Shown: piece by piece, positions 48,039-60,330 of the stretch
Position numbering within the stretch: the first letter of the stretch is position 1
Layout of the letters: each line of letters opens with the position of its first letter
Assembly (NCBI GenBank): GCA_013239625.1
Contig: MU054220.1
Coordinates: 3,659,374 to 3,723,373 of the forward strand
DNA: 64,000 bases
Direction: 5' to 3'
DNA from: Lama guanicoe
Taxonomy: Eukaryota
The notes under the pieces: model-generated
Databases searched by the model: none
What the model was told of the DNA's origin: nothing
Seen by the model: only the letters and a program-made list of their open reading frames with translations
Program-made: the position numbers and the translations under genes

Positions 48039-49275
48039 CTAGAGGCAGAGGGAGGGGCCGGCTGAGATTCAGGGCAGTTTGGTGCAGCCCCGCTCCCTGG
48101 CCTCTCCCTTGATCTGCTTTTCCGGAGGGAGAGGGAAGGCCTCTGGGCCCTGGTGTCAGGGATCCTCCTCCTGAACTTGGGGTGAGGGGCCCATACCCCC
48201 TACTTCCCGGGCCTGTGCCTCCCTGCATCGTCAGATCCCCAACGTGAAAAGGAAGTCTACCCACACAGCCCTCAGCAAGCCCGAGGCCAGGGCAGCCTGG
48301 GAACCTCCACTGGCCCTGCACTCTTCTCAGAGGGAAGGCGTATCCAGGGTCGGGGGCTCACCCCTTGTGCCACCCCTTCCACCCTGAGCTGTTTCTCAGA
48401 CAGAGCTGAGCGGATGCGCTGGGTCCCAGGCCCTGAAGAAGCTGTGGTGTGCAGAGGTGGTCTCTGCACATCCACCGTTTCCAGAGATGTCCCCGGAAGT
48501 CATTGCTCCCCTCAAGATATTCCCTGGAGGTCTGACCACCCTCCTCCGTGCTGCAGGGAAAGGGCAGGGCCCCGGGTGGGGCTGGTGCCCAGCAGAGGGA
48601 GACCGTCCAGGCACCACTCTCTGCCCACAGGCTGCTGTCCCCTCCTCCCCTGTGTCTTCGCCTGCTCACCTCCCAGGCCAGCTGGTGTCTCTGGCCCCCT
48701 GGCCCTTCCTCCCTGTCCTCTGTTAGTTTCCAGGCCCCCTTTGCTTGTGAGGTTTGGCTCAGACAGACTCAGGGGAGGGAGCTGGAGTCCCACGTGGCTG
48801 GATCTCATCTCTCTGGGATAAGATGAACTATGGGGGCAAGTTGCCCAAGTTGGACACTTACCAGGGCCTAATCTGAGACTTCTCTGCCCTGTCCTGCATA
48901 TCACACATTCTGTACTTGGGGGACAGCCTCTCTGACTATTCCCCAGACTGTCCAGTGATTTATTGCTGGGCAAAATGTGGAATGGAAGATTCTGGAACCA
49001 GATGTGGAGTTGCAACGGATGCTTTGGAAGAGCAGAGACCCTTAAAGTTTCTCTGACTTTGGCCTTCTGGAAAAGCCTTTGCAAGAAGAGGCTTGCTGGG
49101 GTCTCTCTGGGCTGCGGGGCCTCGCTGGGGCGATCGGTCATGGTTTAGGCTGCAGTTGCTGGATGGGAGGCTTCTGATTCTGTGAGACCCTTTGAGGAGG
49201 GAGGAGCTGGCCATGAATGGCCACCGACCTCTCCCTGGAAGCAGGGGCCAGGGATACACCGGGTCCAGTACGTAC

Positions 49276-49350
49276 ATTTTCCCTGAAGATGAAGGCCAGG
49301 ATGGCCGCCGAGAGCTCTGCCAAGAAGATGATCAGGATGAACAGGAAGAA
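49276..49350 (-). CDS. TSPAN18: TSPAN18 coding exon 3 (TM3)
   Basis: ctctctgcag|TTC...AAT|gtacgt; FFLFILIIFLAELSAAILAFIFREN; 75 nt. Confidence 0.96.
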
Positions 49351-49429
49351 CTGCAGAGAGAAGGGGGCAGCTTGTGAGCCCCAAGGGCAGGCAGGAAGGG
49401 GGCAGGTGACTGCTCGCCAAGACACCCTT

Positions 49430-49659
49430 TCATCTGTCACACAATTGACACTATGTACTGATTTTGTAAGATTATGGAACTTAACTGCCATAAGCCAGAC
49501 ATTTTTCATAATAAGCACATCAACAATCCATCTTTGACAAGGTTACAATATAAATATGGAAAAAGTAAACATATAAATATGCCTTCTGTGCAAATGGCAC
49601 CCCTCGGATAAAGCCCATTGGGCAGTGCACAGTCTGAACAACCCTACTTGGCAGTCCTG
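49430..49659 (-). mobile_element. hAT-Tip100 (MER91-like) remnant
   Basis: AT-rich body ending gcagtgcacagtctgaacaaccctacttggcagtcctg; a related end occurs at ~12088-12135. Confidence 0.45.
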
Positions 49660-52419
49660 GAAGGAGATCAATGTCGAAACCTGTTTGGGGCCCTTCCAGG
49701 TGGACTGTCCAAGCAGTAGGAATCCTGAGGTACTTGGGGATCCCTAATTGGCTTCCCCTGACCCCCTATCCCCTGCCACTAGCCCCAGGGCCACCTCTGC
49801 CTGCCCGGCTGCCTTTCATTTTTGTGGGAAGCAGGAGGTGATGTTAACCTTCAGCTGCAGTAAAGGAGCAAGATTGGAGGAAAGGTGGCTTGTCTATCAA
49901 AATCCGAGAACCTGGGGGCTGGGAGTTTGGAAACTAACAGCCCCCCCCACCCCGCTCTACTCACTGCATTTCTCAGTGTTGCCCAAATTAACCATGATGC
50001 CTCTGGCCTCAGGGTCCGCAGGCTGTGCTCCCTCTGCTGAGAAAGCCCCCACCCTTCCTTGCCAGCTCCTCATTTTCCAGACCCAGTTTGGCCCCAGCTC
50101 CTTCCTGGCTCCCCAACATCACTGTGCCCTGCAGAGGTGTCGCAAGGCAGCTGCTGTGCCCCCACGACATCACTACCATCAGCACAGAGGCTGTGACTCA
50201 GCATGCTGCGTTCCCGACGCCTGGACAGCACAGGTGTCGGTACACGGCTATCAGATGAGTGAATGAATCCATAAGAGACCAACTCACCATAATGACCTTG
50301 CTCTCTGCTACCCTTCAGGCACTGGTCATGTCACCTGGAGGCCACCAGCAGGGTGCACATGGAGACCAGCTTGGGTCACAGTCCTTGGAACTGCCAGCCC
50401 ACACTGCACATGCCTGGGCTGGAAGGAGGCGAGGGGTCCCGGGCTTGGCGTGGGGACACCTCAGCCCACCCTGCCTCATTTTGTGACCTGAGACAATTGC
50501 TCAAACCCCTTCAAGCCTCAGTTTCCTCATCAGTGAAATGGGGATAACAACACCCACTTCCCAGGGTCACCGTGGGAATAATGAAGTAGCGGATGTGTGT
50601 TCCGCGGGTCATCAACGAGGATGAGCAGAGCTTGTCGCTGAGGCTCTCGCACATGGACTAGGAGCCCAGGAGCCAGCTCACGTGCAGCTCCTTCCTCGGC
50701 CTCCAGAGCCGGGCTCTGGTGCACACTCCGCTCCGGGTTCCTCATAGACACGTAGGGTGTTGACGATGCCCTCGGACCTCTCTCCTGGATTGTATCTCAT
50801 CCTCTCAGGTTTCTGTCACTTTATCCTTGTCCTAGAAAGACTCCAGTCATATTCCCTCCCTGACTTTTCAGCACTAACAGCGGCTGCCCCGTAGAGGTCC
50901 TGAGGTTTCTCTAAACTCCTTGGGCTATGGGGTGATCACTACCGGGGAGAGCTTAGCATGGATGTCAAGTTGATCTGTCCATGATCTGGACATCTCCTGG
51001 ACTTGCCAGGTGGCTGTTTTGTTTTTTAAATGCCCAAACCCCAGGAGAGTCCCTGGCCTCAATTGATCAGCTGGCACAAGGCATGCATCGTTCACCCCTC
51101 AGCCGCAGGGTCAGGGGGTCTCCTCCGGTTCAAGCTCATGGTCTCTGGTCTCATAGAGGTTTGCTTGGCATCAGAACCTGAAGCCTGTTCCACAGTCTCT
51201 TTTCTCTTTAGCCCCCAGAGAAGGAAACTGACTTTTCCTTCCAAAGGGGCGCAGTTCGAAAATTTGAGAGCAAATCCTGTCCTCTTAATCCAGCTCTTCT
51301 CAGAGCACCACACTACCCCCTCTCTTTCTCTGCTGAAGAGCGAAGTTCAGTACTGGCCCGGCAGTGGCTCTGCTGAACTCTGGGGCTCTGGTTGACAGGT
51401 CAGGGGCAACCTTGCTGCAGTCAGCTGTGTGTGGTGACCTTGGACTGAGGGTGGGAGGCAGAGCTCCCCAACCAGGGAGGAGAGTGACAGAAGGCTTCCT
51501 GTACCCAGGCAGGCTGCCTGTGGCCACGATACTTGCATTCCACTTGGCCAGCCCCAGCCCCACTCCACTTCAACCAGCTGGCCTTTGGGCTGAGAGGTAT
51601 GTCCCCCATCCCTGCAGCCTCTCATCCCCATGGCAGTGGGCGAGGCCCATGGCAGGGCTCCTGGCACCTCCGTTTGGCTAGTGATGGGTGGTCACAGCGT
51701 TCTATTTCATGTGGCCTCCACGGAGCCCCACCCTGCCCTCTGCCCTCTCAGTGGAGTTGCTGGCGGTCCTCAGGCTGGCAAAGAGCAGCCTCAGACATGG
51801 TTTCCACCCTGGCAATGTGACTGAGCTGTCTCTGGCTATCGATCGCGGCTTACACAGTTATAAACTATGGATGAGACAGAACTCGTGAACTCCGCATGCT
51901 TGTCACTCTGGGAGCGTGCGTGCACTTTCCAGGGGACTTAGCACCACTTCAGCGAGATGATGCAGCTGAAGTGCTGTGCACAAGACTGGCACGACGTGAA
52001 AACTGCTCAGATGGTGGCTCAGAACCAAGAGGAACCACGGCCTTCCTGAAGACAAGTGCTGGCGTGGGCGTTCTCCAGAAGAACAATAGCTACCACCTAT
52101 TGAGCGCTGAACACCTAAGTGCTGTGGATCTTACATGGATTTGAACCCTCTGGGTGCCTGGGGAGGCAGATGCTGTGATCATCAGCACCTCTGCTTTACT
52201 GATGAGGAAACTGGGACCCTGAGAGGGGAGAACTTGACCAAGCTGGCCCAGCTGGTAAGTGGTACCGCTGGGATGAACGTGGGAACTTTGCTTCCAGAAC
52301 ACAGCCTCCCAACACCATGTTATCCTGAACCCATAAGAGCTTCCAGGTCTTAAGACTTTCAGATGGCCTGTGAGGTCCCTTGTGGATCAATGCCAATTCC
52401 TTTAGTTCCACGTTTTTCA

Positions 52420-52640
52420 AATGCTTATCTGCGCCAGGAACAGAGTTAAGTAAGACACACATTTTCTTACTGAACCATGATTACAACACTATGGTTGGGA
52501 AGGAAGTGTTATTATCTTCATTTTACATATGAGGACTCTGAAGTTCAGAGAGGCTAAGTAACTGGCCTCAGGTCACACAGCCAGGAAGTGGCAGAGCAGG
52601 GATTAGAATCAGACTTTTCTGACTCCAAAGCCCCTGCTTT
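52420..52640 (-). mobile_element. MIR SINE
   Basis: cattttacatatgagga...cagagaggctaagtaactggcctcaggtcacacagc. Confidence 0.7.
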
Positions 52641-54310
52641 TATCCATACTTCTGAGACTACCTTCTCTCTGTTCCTTCATTCCAGGGCTGTTTATTGAGC
52701 ACCTACTCTGTGCCAGGTACTGTGCTAGGGACCATCAAACAAATCCACACAAGGCAGATGGGGTCCCCATCCTCATGGAGTTTCCATTGAACCAAGAGTC
52801 ATGATTCAGGAATCTTTTCAAAGCATAAGATTCATGAGACGAAATTTAAGAATGAACCTGGCAACTCATTGATGGGGAAAGCGGGCTTCCCCAGAGGAAG
52901 GGAGTCTGCAGATCTCCTGGCCATTGCTCCCACCTGGAGCAGGGCCCCTCAAGCACAGGGACCCAGGGGTGACTTGAGTGTGAGTCGCCTGAAGGAAAGT
53001 GCAGGGCTGTGGGGCCAACATCAGTAAGTGTTGCTTCTGCCAACTTCTCCGGCATGAAATAATTTCCTCCTGCTTAACAGGGCTACTACTGGTTATTTAG
53101 AGGGGATCCCCCTGTGCCCCGCCGTAGAGCTTGTCCTGATGCTTTCTGGGGCTCCCCCTAACCGGGGCCTTTCCCAGAGTTTGTTCGCCTCGAGTTAATC
53201 TGACCTCATCCCATTTGCCTAAGGACACATTCGCCAGTAGTTCCTGAACATCAGATTTACAACACTTTGCTTTAGGATGGGAGAATTAACAGAGGGGTAA
53301 GAAACTGCTATTTTGCCTACTCGTGAGCATTTCTAGACTTTTCTAACCTATCTGCCTACAGCACGTCTGCTTTTAGTTCTCATTTCTAATAAATATTTAC
53401 CAAATGTACATACTTTGTGAGCAATTCAGCTCTTTTATCACTTTCAAATTACACTCGTCTCTTTTTGCTGTTCTCTTTTCCAATTTAGCATGTTTTTGTT
53501 ATAAAATATTTTAAAACTGTGAATCTTTAAATAAATGGGCTAAAAACATTCCTTGAACTGCTCATAGGTAAGCAACCAGGAAAAAGGGGATGCCACAAAT
53601 GTCAGTAACAGGCTAAAATTGTCCTATTGTACAAGAAAGTACTGCAACATTGATCAACGAGAGTGTTTGGAAAATGTCTTCAGAAAAGTTGATCATAGGG
53701 TGACGTGGATATTAGGCTCATTGTCCCTGGGCTAAGGGTCACCAGGACACCACAGGGTTTAGCCTCAGAGCAGGGGGAGGGGACGCCCAGCTAACTCTGT
53801 TCCCAGGCCTCCTTTGTGGCAGGTCTTTGAGCCATGGCTCCAGAGGTGGCTAAAGTCGCTCCCACCTGGCCTCTCTCAGGACAAGTCCTCTCTCCCTCCC
53901 CGATGGTGGAGGAGGCATCTCAGGCTTCTCAGAGGAACCCAGTGGCTAGGAAGGGTGAGACTTGGTGCCTCTCTTCAGCTGGAACCACCCCACAGCCAGT
54001 CAGGTTGGAGGGGAAAGTGGTCCTTTTTATTTCTTTGGTCATGACTCTTTCTGAAAACCTTCCAGAAGCTGTAGTGGCTCCAAAAACACGCATGCACACA
54101 TACCACACACACATACAACACACGTGTACAGGCACACACACAGAGGCCCTGACGTAATGTTTTGCATGTAATTTTAGGTGCGTTTGGGACCACTTGAGTC
54201 CGTTCCAGATTAGGAGCCCCTGGGCCAGCCCTGTCTGAGAGACAGGAGACCTGGGTCCAAGAGTCCCCTGCCTTTGCCCTGCACTGTGACCTCAGGCCTG
54301 TGTGTGCTGG

Positions 54311-54583
54311 GGGAGGGGAGAGGGAGGGAAGGGGTGGGGAGGGGCGGGGAGGAGAAGAGGGTGGAGGGGGCAGTAAAAGGAGAGGCAGGGAGAGAGGAGT
54401 AGAGGCAAGTCAGGTTCAGAAGAAGATCAGGAAAGGCAGCAGGAAGCGAAAACAAGCGATCAAGAGAAAGGCAGAGAGAGACAGGGAGACAGAGGCAGAG
54501 AAAGAGCGATAAAAGAAAGGGAGACACATGGACTGAAGAGACAAAACCGAGGAAGAAGGCAGAAGGGAGGGGTGGGAAGGGGC
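54311..54583. repeat. Purine-rich low-complexity tract
   Basis: Almost all A/G on + for ~270 bp. Confidence 0.8.
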
Positions 54584-54952
54584 GACATTAAGGTTCCGTG
54601 AGCCGGGAGGTCACAGCCAGGACTTAACTCTCTCTCCAGGGTCTTGGGGCAAGCCTCCTCCTGCCCCTGGGTCTCAGTGATGTCCTCATCCAGGGGCAGG
54701 CTCAGAGAGAGCCATTTAGCTGGGCCAGAGCCCCAGTCTGCTTCTGGCCCAGAGCCCTAGCCTGGTTTCCTGTCTTGGCTTCAGAGATGAGCCCATTAAC
54801 GATGGATGAGCCCCGGGGGCCAAGGTGCAAGGGGGTGTTGGGGGAAGGGAGGTTTGGTGTGTCCTGGGTCCCAGACTCAGCTCCTTTCCAAGTCCCCAGG
54901 GCTCCCCAAGCCCAGACTTTTCCAAGCACCATCCGACGTGGTACAGAGCCCT

Positions 54953-54967
54953 CCACCAGGGGGCGCC
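54953..54967 (+). promoter_or_regulatory. CTCF motif (forward)
   Basis: CCACCAGGGGGCGCC matches the core CCASYAGRKGGCRS; upstream GTGGTAC resembles the ZF9-11 upstream motif. Confidence 0.75.
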
Positions 54968-56207
54968 CACAGGTTTCTTTGTTTCTCTCCAGATGAAAAG
55001 TTTGCAGTATTTAGGCAGCTGCCCAAGGCCAGAGGGACCCAGGGCTCCCGTGTCACACATTTCACAGCTGATTTCACTTTCTGTGACACAAGTGGGGGCT
55101 GAGCCGTCTGTTCTAATCTGGAGAGGAGGCATTGTGCCAGATCTCTGCCTCCCCAAGCCACTAGTTCTGGCTCATCGGTAGGAGTGGACAGGCCCCTTTT
55201 AAGGAAGTCCTCCGGCTGACAAGCCCACGTCACTGACCAGCCCAAGTCTCCCCATCACATAACTCCTGCCCCCCAGCCGCTCACCCATGAGGAATGCCTG
55301 CAAGTTGGCCCATGTACACGCACACTTTTCTAAGCTGGGCTGTTTTTAGCTTACCCTGCAGCAGGACAGCGCTCAATCCAGTTTTCCTGGCCCACAGAGC
55401 ACAGGACCTTGTAGGGGAAGGAGCCCTGTCACCAAGGCCAGGGAAGCAGGCAGAGGCCCAGAGGACCACAGCCCGTGTGAATACCGAAGACCAGAGAAAC
55501 AGAACATGCACTCTTGGCTTCGTCTGGTTCCAACCTACAGCTGAGCTGGTTGCCCCTCTCTTAACGAGCAGACGATAAAGCTCAGAGAGGCTGAGAAATT
55601 AGGCCAGGGTCATATCGTTAGTCACAGGACAGAGCAGGGCGCACACACGCACCCAGGCCTGCCTGCCCGCCTCATCCTCATAGACTCAATGGCCTCCCAC
55701 TGCCTGTCCCCCAGGGAGGGGACGGCCACCCTTGGGCCTTGATGCAGTACCTAGTGAGCAATGTGGCCCATAATAGTAGTTCAAGGACTATTTATTTAGT
55801 GAATAAAGGACCTTCAGAGAGCGTTGCACTTCTATTTTACAAGTGGAAATGCAAAAACTGAATGATTTATCCAATAGCTATCTTAGCTCTTTTACCACGG
55901 AGTTGTATATTTGAGTTCTTAAAAGCAAGCGGGTAAAAAAGCATCGTGAGTCAATGCTCTCGGTGGACCCTGCCTCAGAGAAGCCTGGCTGTTCAGACCT
56001 GGGGGCCAAGACCACTGTCAAGCTGGGAACAGCTCGCCCAGTCGGCAGGCGTGGGTCCAGCGCAGAGTCAGGATGGGCTGGTGTGGCTCCCGCTCCCGGA
56101 GGATGGACTGCTAGGCTCAGACCTCAGGGCAAGTCCCCCGCAGAGTGGACACAGGCCCCCCTGCCCACCCCAGGGCATCCGGGGTGGAGTGGGGGATGGG
56201 CACTCAC

Positions 56208-56402
56208 AAACAGCAGCAGACACTTGTTCTCCCGGACGGCCCCACAGCAGCCCAGGAAGCCGAGCAGAAAAAGCAGGCCCCCCATGGCCAGGAGGATGTA
56301 GGCTCCCGTGATGAGCAGGGGGTTGGCAGCCACAATCTCCCGGAAGCCGGTGGGGTCCACCATGACCCAGATGCCGATGCCCAGCAGGCAGGCACCCCCA
56401 AG
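56208..56402 (-). CDS. TSPAN18: TSPAN18 coding exon 2
   Basis: gagcag|CTT...TTT|gtgagt; [65 protein letters not shown] with the tetraspanin [11 protein letters not shown] motif; 195 nt. Confidence 0.96.
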
Positions 56403-56463
56403 CTGCTCCCCGGGCCAGTCCAGAGTGGAGAGGAGAAACAGACACGGAGGTTAGATACACCAA

Positions 56464-56466
56464 ACA

Positions 56467-56517
<51 letters not shown>
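56464..56517. repeat. (CA)n/(TG)n microsatellite, ~27 units with one interruption
   Basis: Read directly. Confidence 0.97.
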
Positions 56518-56521
<4 letters not shown>

Positions 56522-58787
56522 CCCCGGGAGGCCCTGGGGCGCAGGCGCCAAGGGCCCAGTGAACTGGGCGGAAACTCCATTTGTTGCCTGAGCCAATGTC
56601 CTGGCAGCACTCTCCTCTGCTTTGAATTTCCCTGTTTACCCTGACCTGAAGCACATCACACATCATCTAAGCCCAGTCTCTGACCCACGCCCCACCTCAG
56701 GCTGCCAAGAACCATGTTCTGTAGAGTTTACCTGCCACCTTATATTCTCCTTAAATGTCAGGGATGTGGGATAATGAGGTCATTCAGTCCAACCCTCTGA
56801 TTCCACACTGAGTCCCATAGGGGGCTAATGACTTGCCCAAGGTCACACAGTAAATTCATGGCAGAGCCACGGCTGAATCACAGGCTTCCCTGACTCTAAC
56901 CCTAAGGACCCTCACCAACTCCGTGAACATGCTCTGACTTCTGTGCTCTGCCTGCACCATGCTAGGGGCCAGGAAAGTACAGACAAAAGCCATCCTCTTT
57001 GTCCTCAACAGGAGCTCTCAGTCAGGTGGGGCTCCCCCACTCTCAAATCCGCTCCTAGAAAGCCTTGTTTATGTCTTCATCTCCTTGGCCCATCTCTCTC
57101 TGCTTTACTTATCTCTGGAGAGAGGCAGCTTAGTCTAGAGAAAGGGCTGTGTCATTTATTAGCTGTGTGACCTTAGGGAAGCAGCTTCACCTCTCTGAGC
57201 CTTAGCTTCCTCATGGTTAAAAGAAGGCATAAATTCCCACCTCCCAAGGTGGCCCCAAGGAATAAAAGGACAGAATGGATGTGAATGTGCTCAGAGGGTT
57301 CAATATACATCTGTTCCATTGGTCCTGGGCACAGACAAGTATTGGAAACAGATCCATTGCAGGAGAAATAGTTTGATGTTATCAGATTTTGAAGGTTAGG
57401 AAGAGTTTGAAATTCCTGTGTGATGAGAGGACCTGAGGGAAGACAGCAAACTGCTGAGCTCTGGCATGGCTGAGAAGGGCCTGTAAGCTCAGGGAGGAGT
57501 TGGTTGGTTTGGGGCAAGAGATACATTTTTAGGTGCAGTCTGGGCAGAGGTGTGACAGAGAGGCCTGAGGGACCCAGGGACAGCCAATGACAGAGTCTAC
57601 ATTTTGGTGTCTGCTGTGCAATGCCTCTCTCCTTGGTCTCCCCACAAACCTCCAGGAAATCCCCCGTCCTTCCTCCTGGCTGTTGGAGGTTTGGGGGTTC
57701 AACCACTGCAGGTAGAGTTCTGCTTCAACGTGGGGGTCAGGCCCCTCATGTCAGGTGGGGACCCTGGGGCTGCGCAGGGTCACCCAGGTCCCCAGCTTGG
57801 AAGTTAGGTCTAGAATTCCAGTTTGTGGGTCTCCCTACTCTTCAGGATTAGGGGCAGGGAAGGGCATCCAGGAGAGTTGCTGAAATGTATAAAAAATAAA
57901 TGGAGACAGACAGACAGACAGAATCAGTCTTGACCAGAAGGGGCCTCCCTTTCATAGTGACTCCACCCTAGAGGAGACTAGTGGATGTCCACTCCTCCGG
58001 GTCTTCGCTGCACTAGGTCAAAGGTTGAGGTGGGGTCACGAGAGGACCCGGCTCTGCTCCGGGGCCATGCCCTGGGCCTGAGCAGATCAGGCACACTGTG
58101 CTGCAGGGCACTGGAGCTCTCGGGGCCTCTGCTCTGTCACGTACAGAATCTACAGGTTGGATGGAGATGGAGGCGACACATTCCAGGCACTTCCTAAACT
58201 AATCTTGCTTTATTTTCAATAACCCCACTGAGGTTGGTGATGAAGGGATGAAGATACTGAGGTTCAGAGAGGTAAAATGTGCTTCAGATCACGGAGCTGG
58301 TAGGGTGCAGAGATGGAACCCAGGTCTCTCGTCCCAGAGAGGTTTCAGATTTAATCAGGTGGCTGCATCAGCTCAGCCCATCCAGCTCCGATGTCCATAA
58401 TTGCTCCAGGGGTCAGGGTGGGGCTCCCTGCTGCCCTCTGATCACCCCATCCCCCTTTCTCCCCAGTTCCCTACCAGGGGTCAGATCCTAAGACAGCAGC
58501 CAGGACCAAGGCCCCTATCCTTTTATTTTTTAGAGTAGCTGAACCATCCCAGAAGCTGTGCAAAATGTCTCTCCTGTGATGGTGGGCCCTAGGAGTCAGG
58601 GCATGGGGGGCACTGCTGGGGGGCCTCCCTGCCAGACTCCTGGCTGGGCAGCTAGAGCTGCTTCTGGCACCAGCCCTGGTTCCTGTCCCTAGGACTCAGC
58701 CCAGTGTGACTATTTCCAAGCAGGAGTCAGTTCTGCCCACCCCACAGAGGCCTAGAAAGACCCGAGGCAAGTTCTGGGAATACTTAC

Positions 58788-58850
58788 AAATATGAAGAAA
58801 TTGAAAACAAACATTAGATACTTCATGCAGCTTAGACAGTCACCTTCCAT
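58788..58850 (-). CDS. TSPAN18: TSPAN18 (tetraspanin 18) coding exon 1
   Basis: Minus strand tgttttgtag|GTGGAGAACCATGG (exon starts 58860, good Kozak); [21 protein letters not shown]; donor gtaagt. The seven exons sum to 747 nt = 248 aa + stop. Confidence 0.96.
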
Positions 58851-60139
58851 GGTTCTCCACCTACAAAACAGCAAGGCCCCTTCAATCCTCCTGCTGGGGG
58901 ATCCCCTCCAGAAAGAACCCTGGCCTCTCCTCCCTCCCCTCCTCCTTGGGGTGTCCCAGTGGCTGGCCTGCTCTTGTAGCCGGTGGGGGAAGAGGGCACT
59001 GATAACAACTTCCGCATCCCAGGGATGGTGCTGTGACTTGTGGGAGCAGGGTTAGGAGCGAGAACTCATGAGCCAGCCTGCCTGGGTTAAAGCCCCATCT
59101 CTACCATTCATTTGCTGTGTGGTCTTGGGCAAATTATTCCACCTCTCTGAGTTTCGCTGTCCCCAGCTTGAAAATAGAAATTAAAAACAGAAGCTTCCTC
59201 CAAGCAGGGTTGGGAGGGTTAACTCACATAACACAATAATGGGCTTAGCACCACATGGCAGGTGCTCAGTGGTGTGACATCATGATGTTACTTGACTGCG
59301 GATGTGAACTTTCTATTTGGTAGATGAGAAACTAAGGCTCAGAGCCTTGAGCGATTTGCCAAGATGGCAGAGCAGGATAAGAACCCAGGCCCGACAAACT
59401 TCCTACCACCCTACCTGCCCTCTGGCCTGAATGACTGACTGCCCTCTGAGGAGGGGTGTTGCAGGGGAAAGAGGTAGGGGTGCCTACCTGGGGCTCCAAG
59501 CCCCGCTCCTGGGACAAGACCCTCCCTCTGCCCTGACTCCCTCCATCATGAGACCTGCAGCTCCCACCTCCCCCCGGAGTCTCCCCTGTCCCTACCTAAG
59601 TGTAAGCTCATAGTAGTAAGTTACTGGATACAATTCTGTTCAGCTGACATTTATTGTGCACTGACTGGATGCCAGGCTCTGGGGCTTGAAAACAAGACGT
59701 AGCCCTTCCCCATCCTTGGGGGAAGCAGACAGCCTCTGTGATCACAAGGCAGCCCTCAAGGTACACAAGTCACTGTCATATTTAATACACAATAATCACT
59801 ATTTTCACACTTTTTTTACCCAGGAGGACCTACCCCTTCCCCTGTTCCAGGCCTCATCCTCCCAGCAGGCGGTGGAGGGCTGAGATTCAGTGGGGACCCA
59901 TGGGTATGGTGGGCCTGTTTAGCTAGCATCTCCCGGTCCCTGCCAGGCCCACCAGTTGTTAAAGCATCATCCTTGACGGTGGGTCATCCTTGTCTCCTGT
60001 ATCATCACCATGTCCAGGCTCTCTTCCTCCAGAACAGGTCCCCAGGCCAACCCAGCAGCCCTTCTCCGTCTCCTCCCCCTCTGACCTTCTAGAAGTAGCA
60101 CCTAACCTGCATCTAAACACAGTGGTTCCAGGCACAGGC

Positions 60140-60330
60140 TCTGAAGTCAGACACATGTGGGCTCCAAGCCTGGCTCTTCACACCTCTCTCCCTCTGTGTC
60201 TTTGGTAAGTGATGTAACATTTTAGAGCCTCAGTTTCTTCATCTGCAAAATGGGCAATTATGACCTACACTGTGGCATGTTGTGAGAATTAAGAGAAGTC
60301 CTATGTCAGGGCCCCCCACGGCACCTGGCT
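60140..60330 (+). mobile_element. MIR SINE
   Basis: agagcctcagtttcttcatctgcaaaatggg...gttgtgagaattaa. Confidence 0.65.

Noticed and set aside
53078..53730. AT-rich block in TSPAN18 intron 2 as a novel element
   Set aside because: Starts with a hAT-like end (cagggctac...) and most likely is a decayed DNA transposon; family not assignable by eye
56068..56666. ORFs with CVCVCV or HTHTHT runs
   Set aside because: Translation of the (CA)n microsatellite
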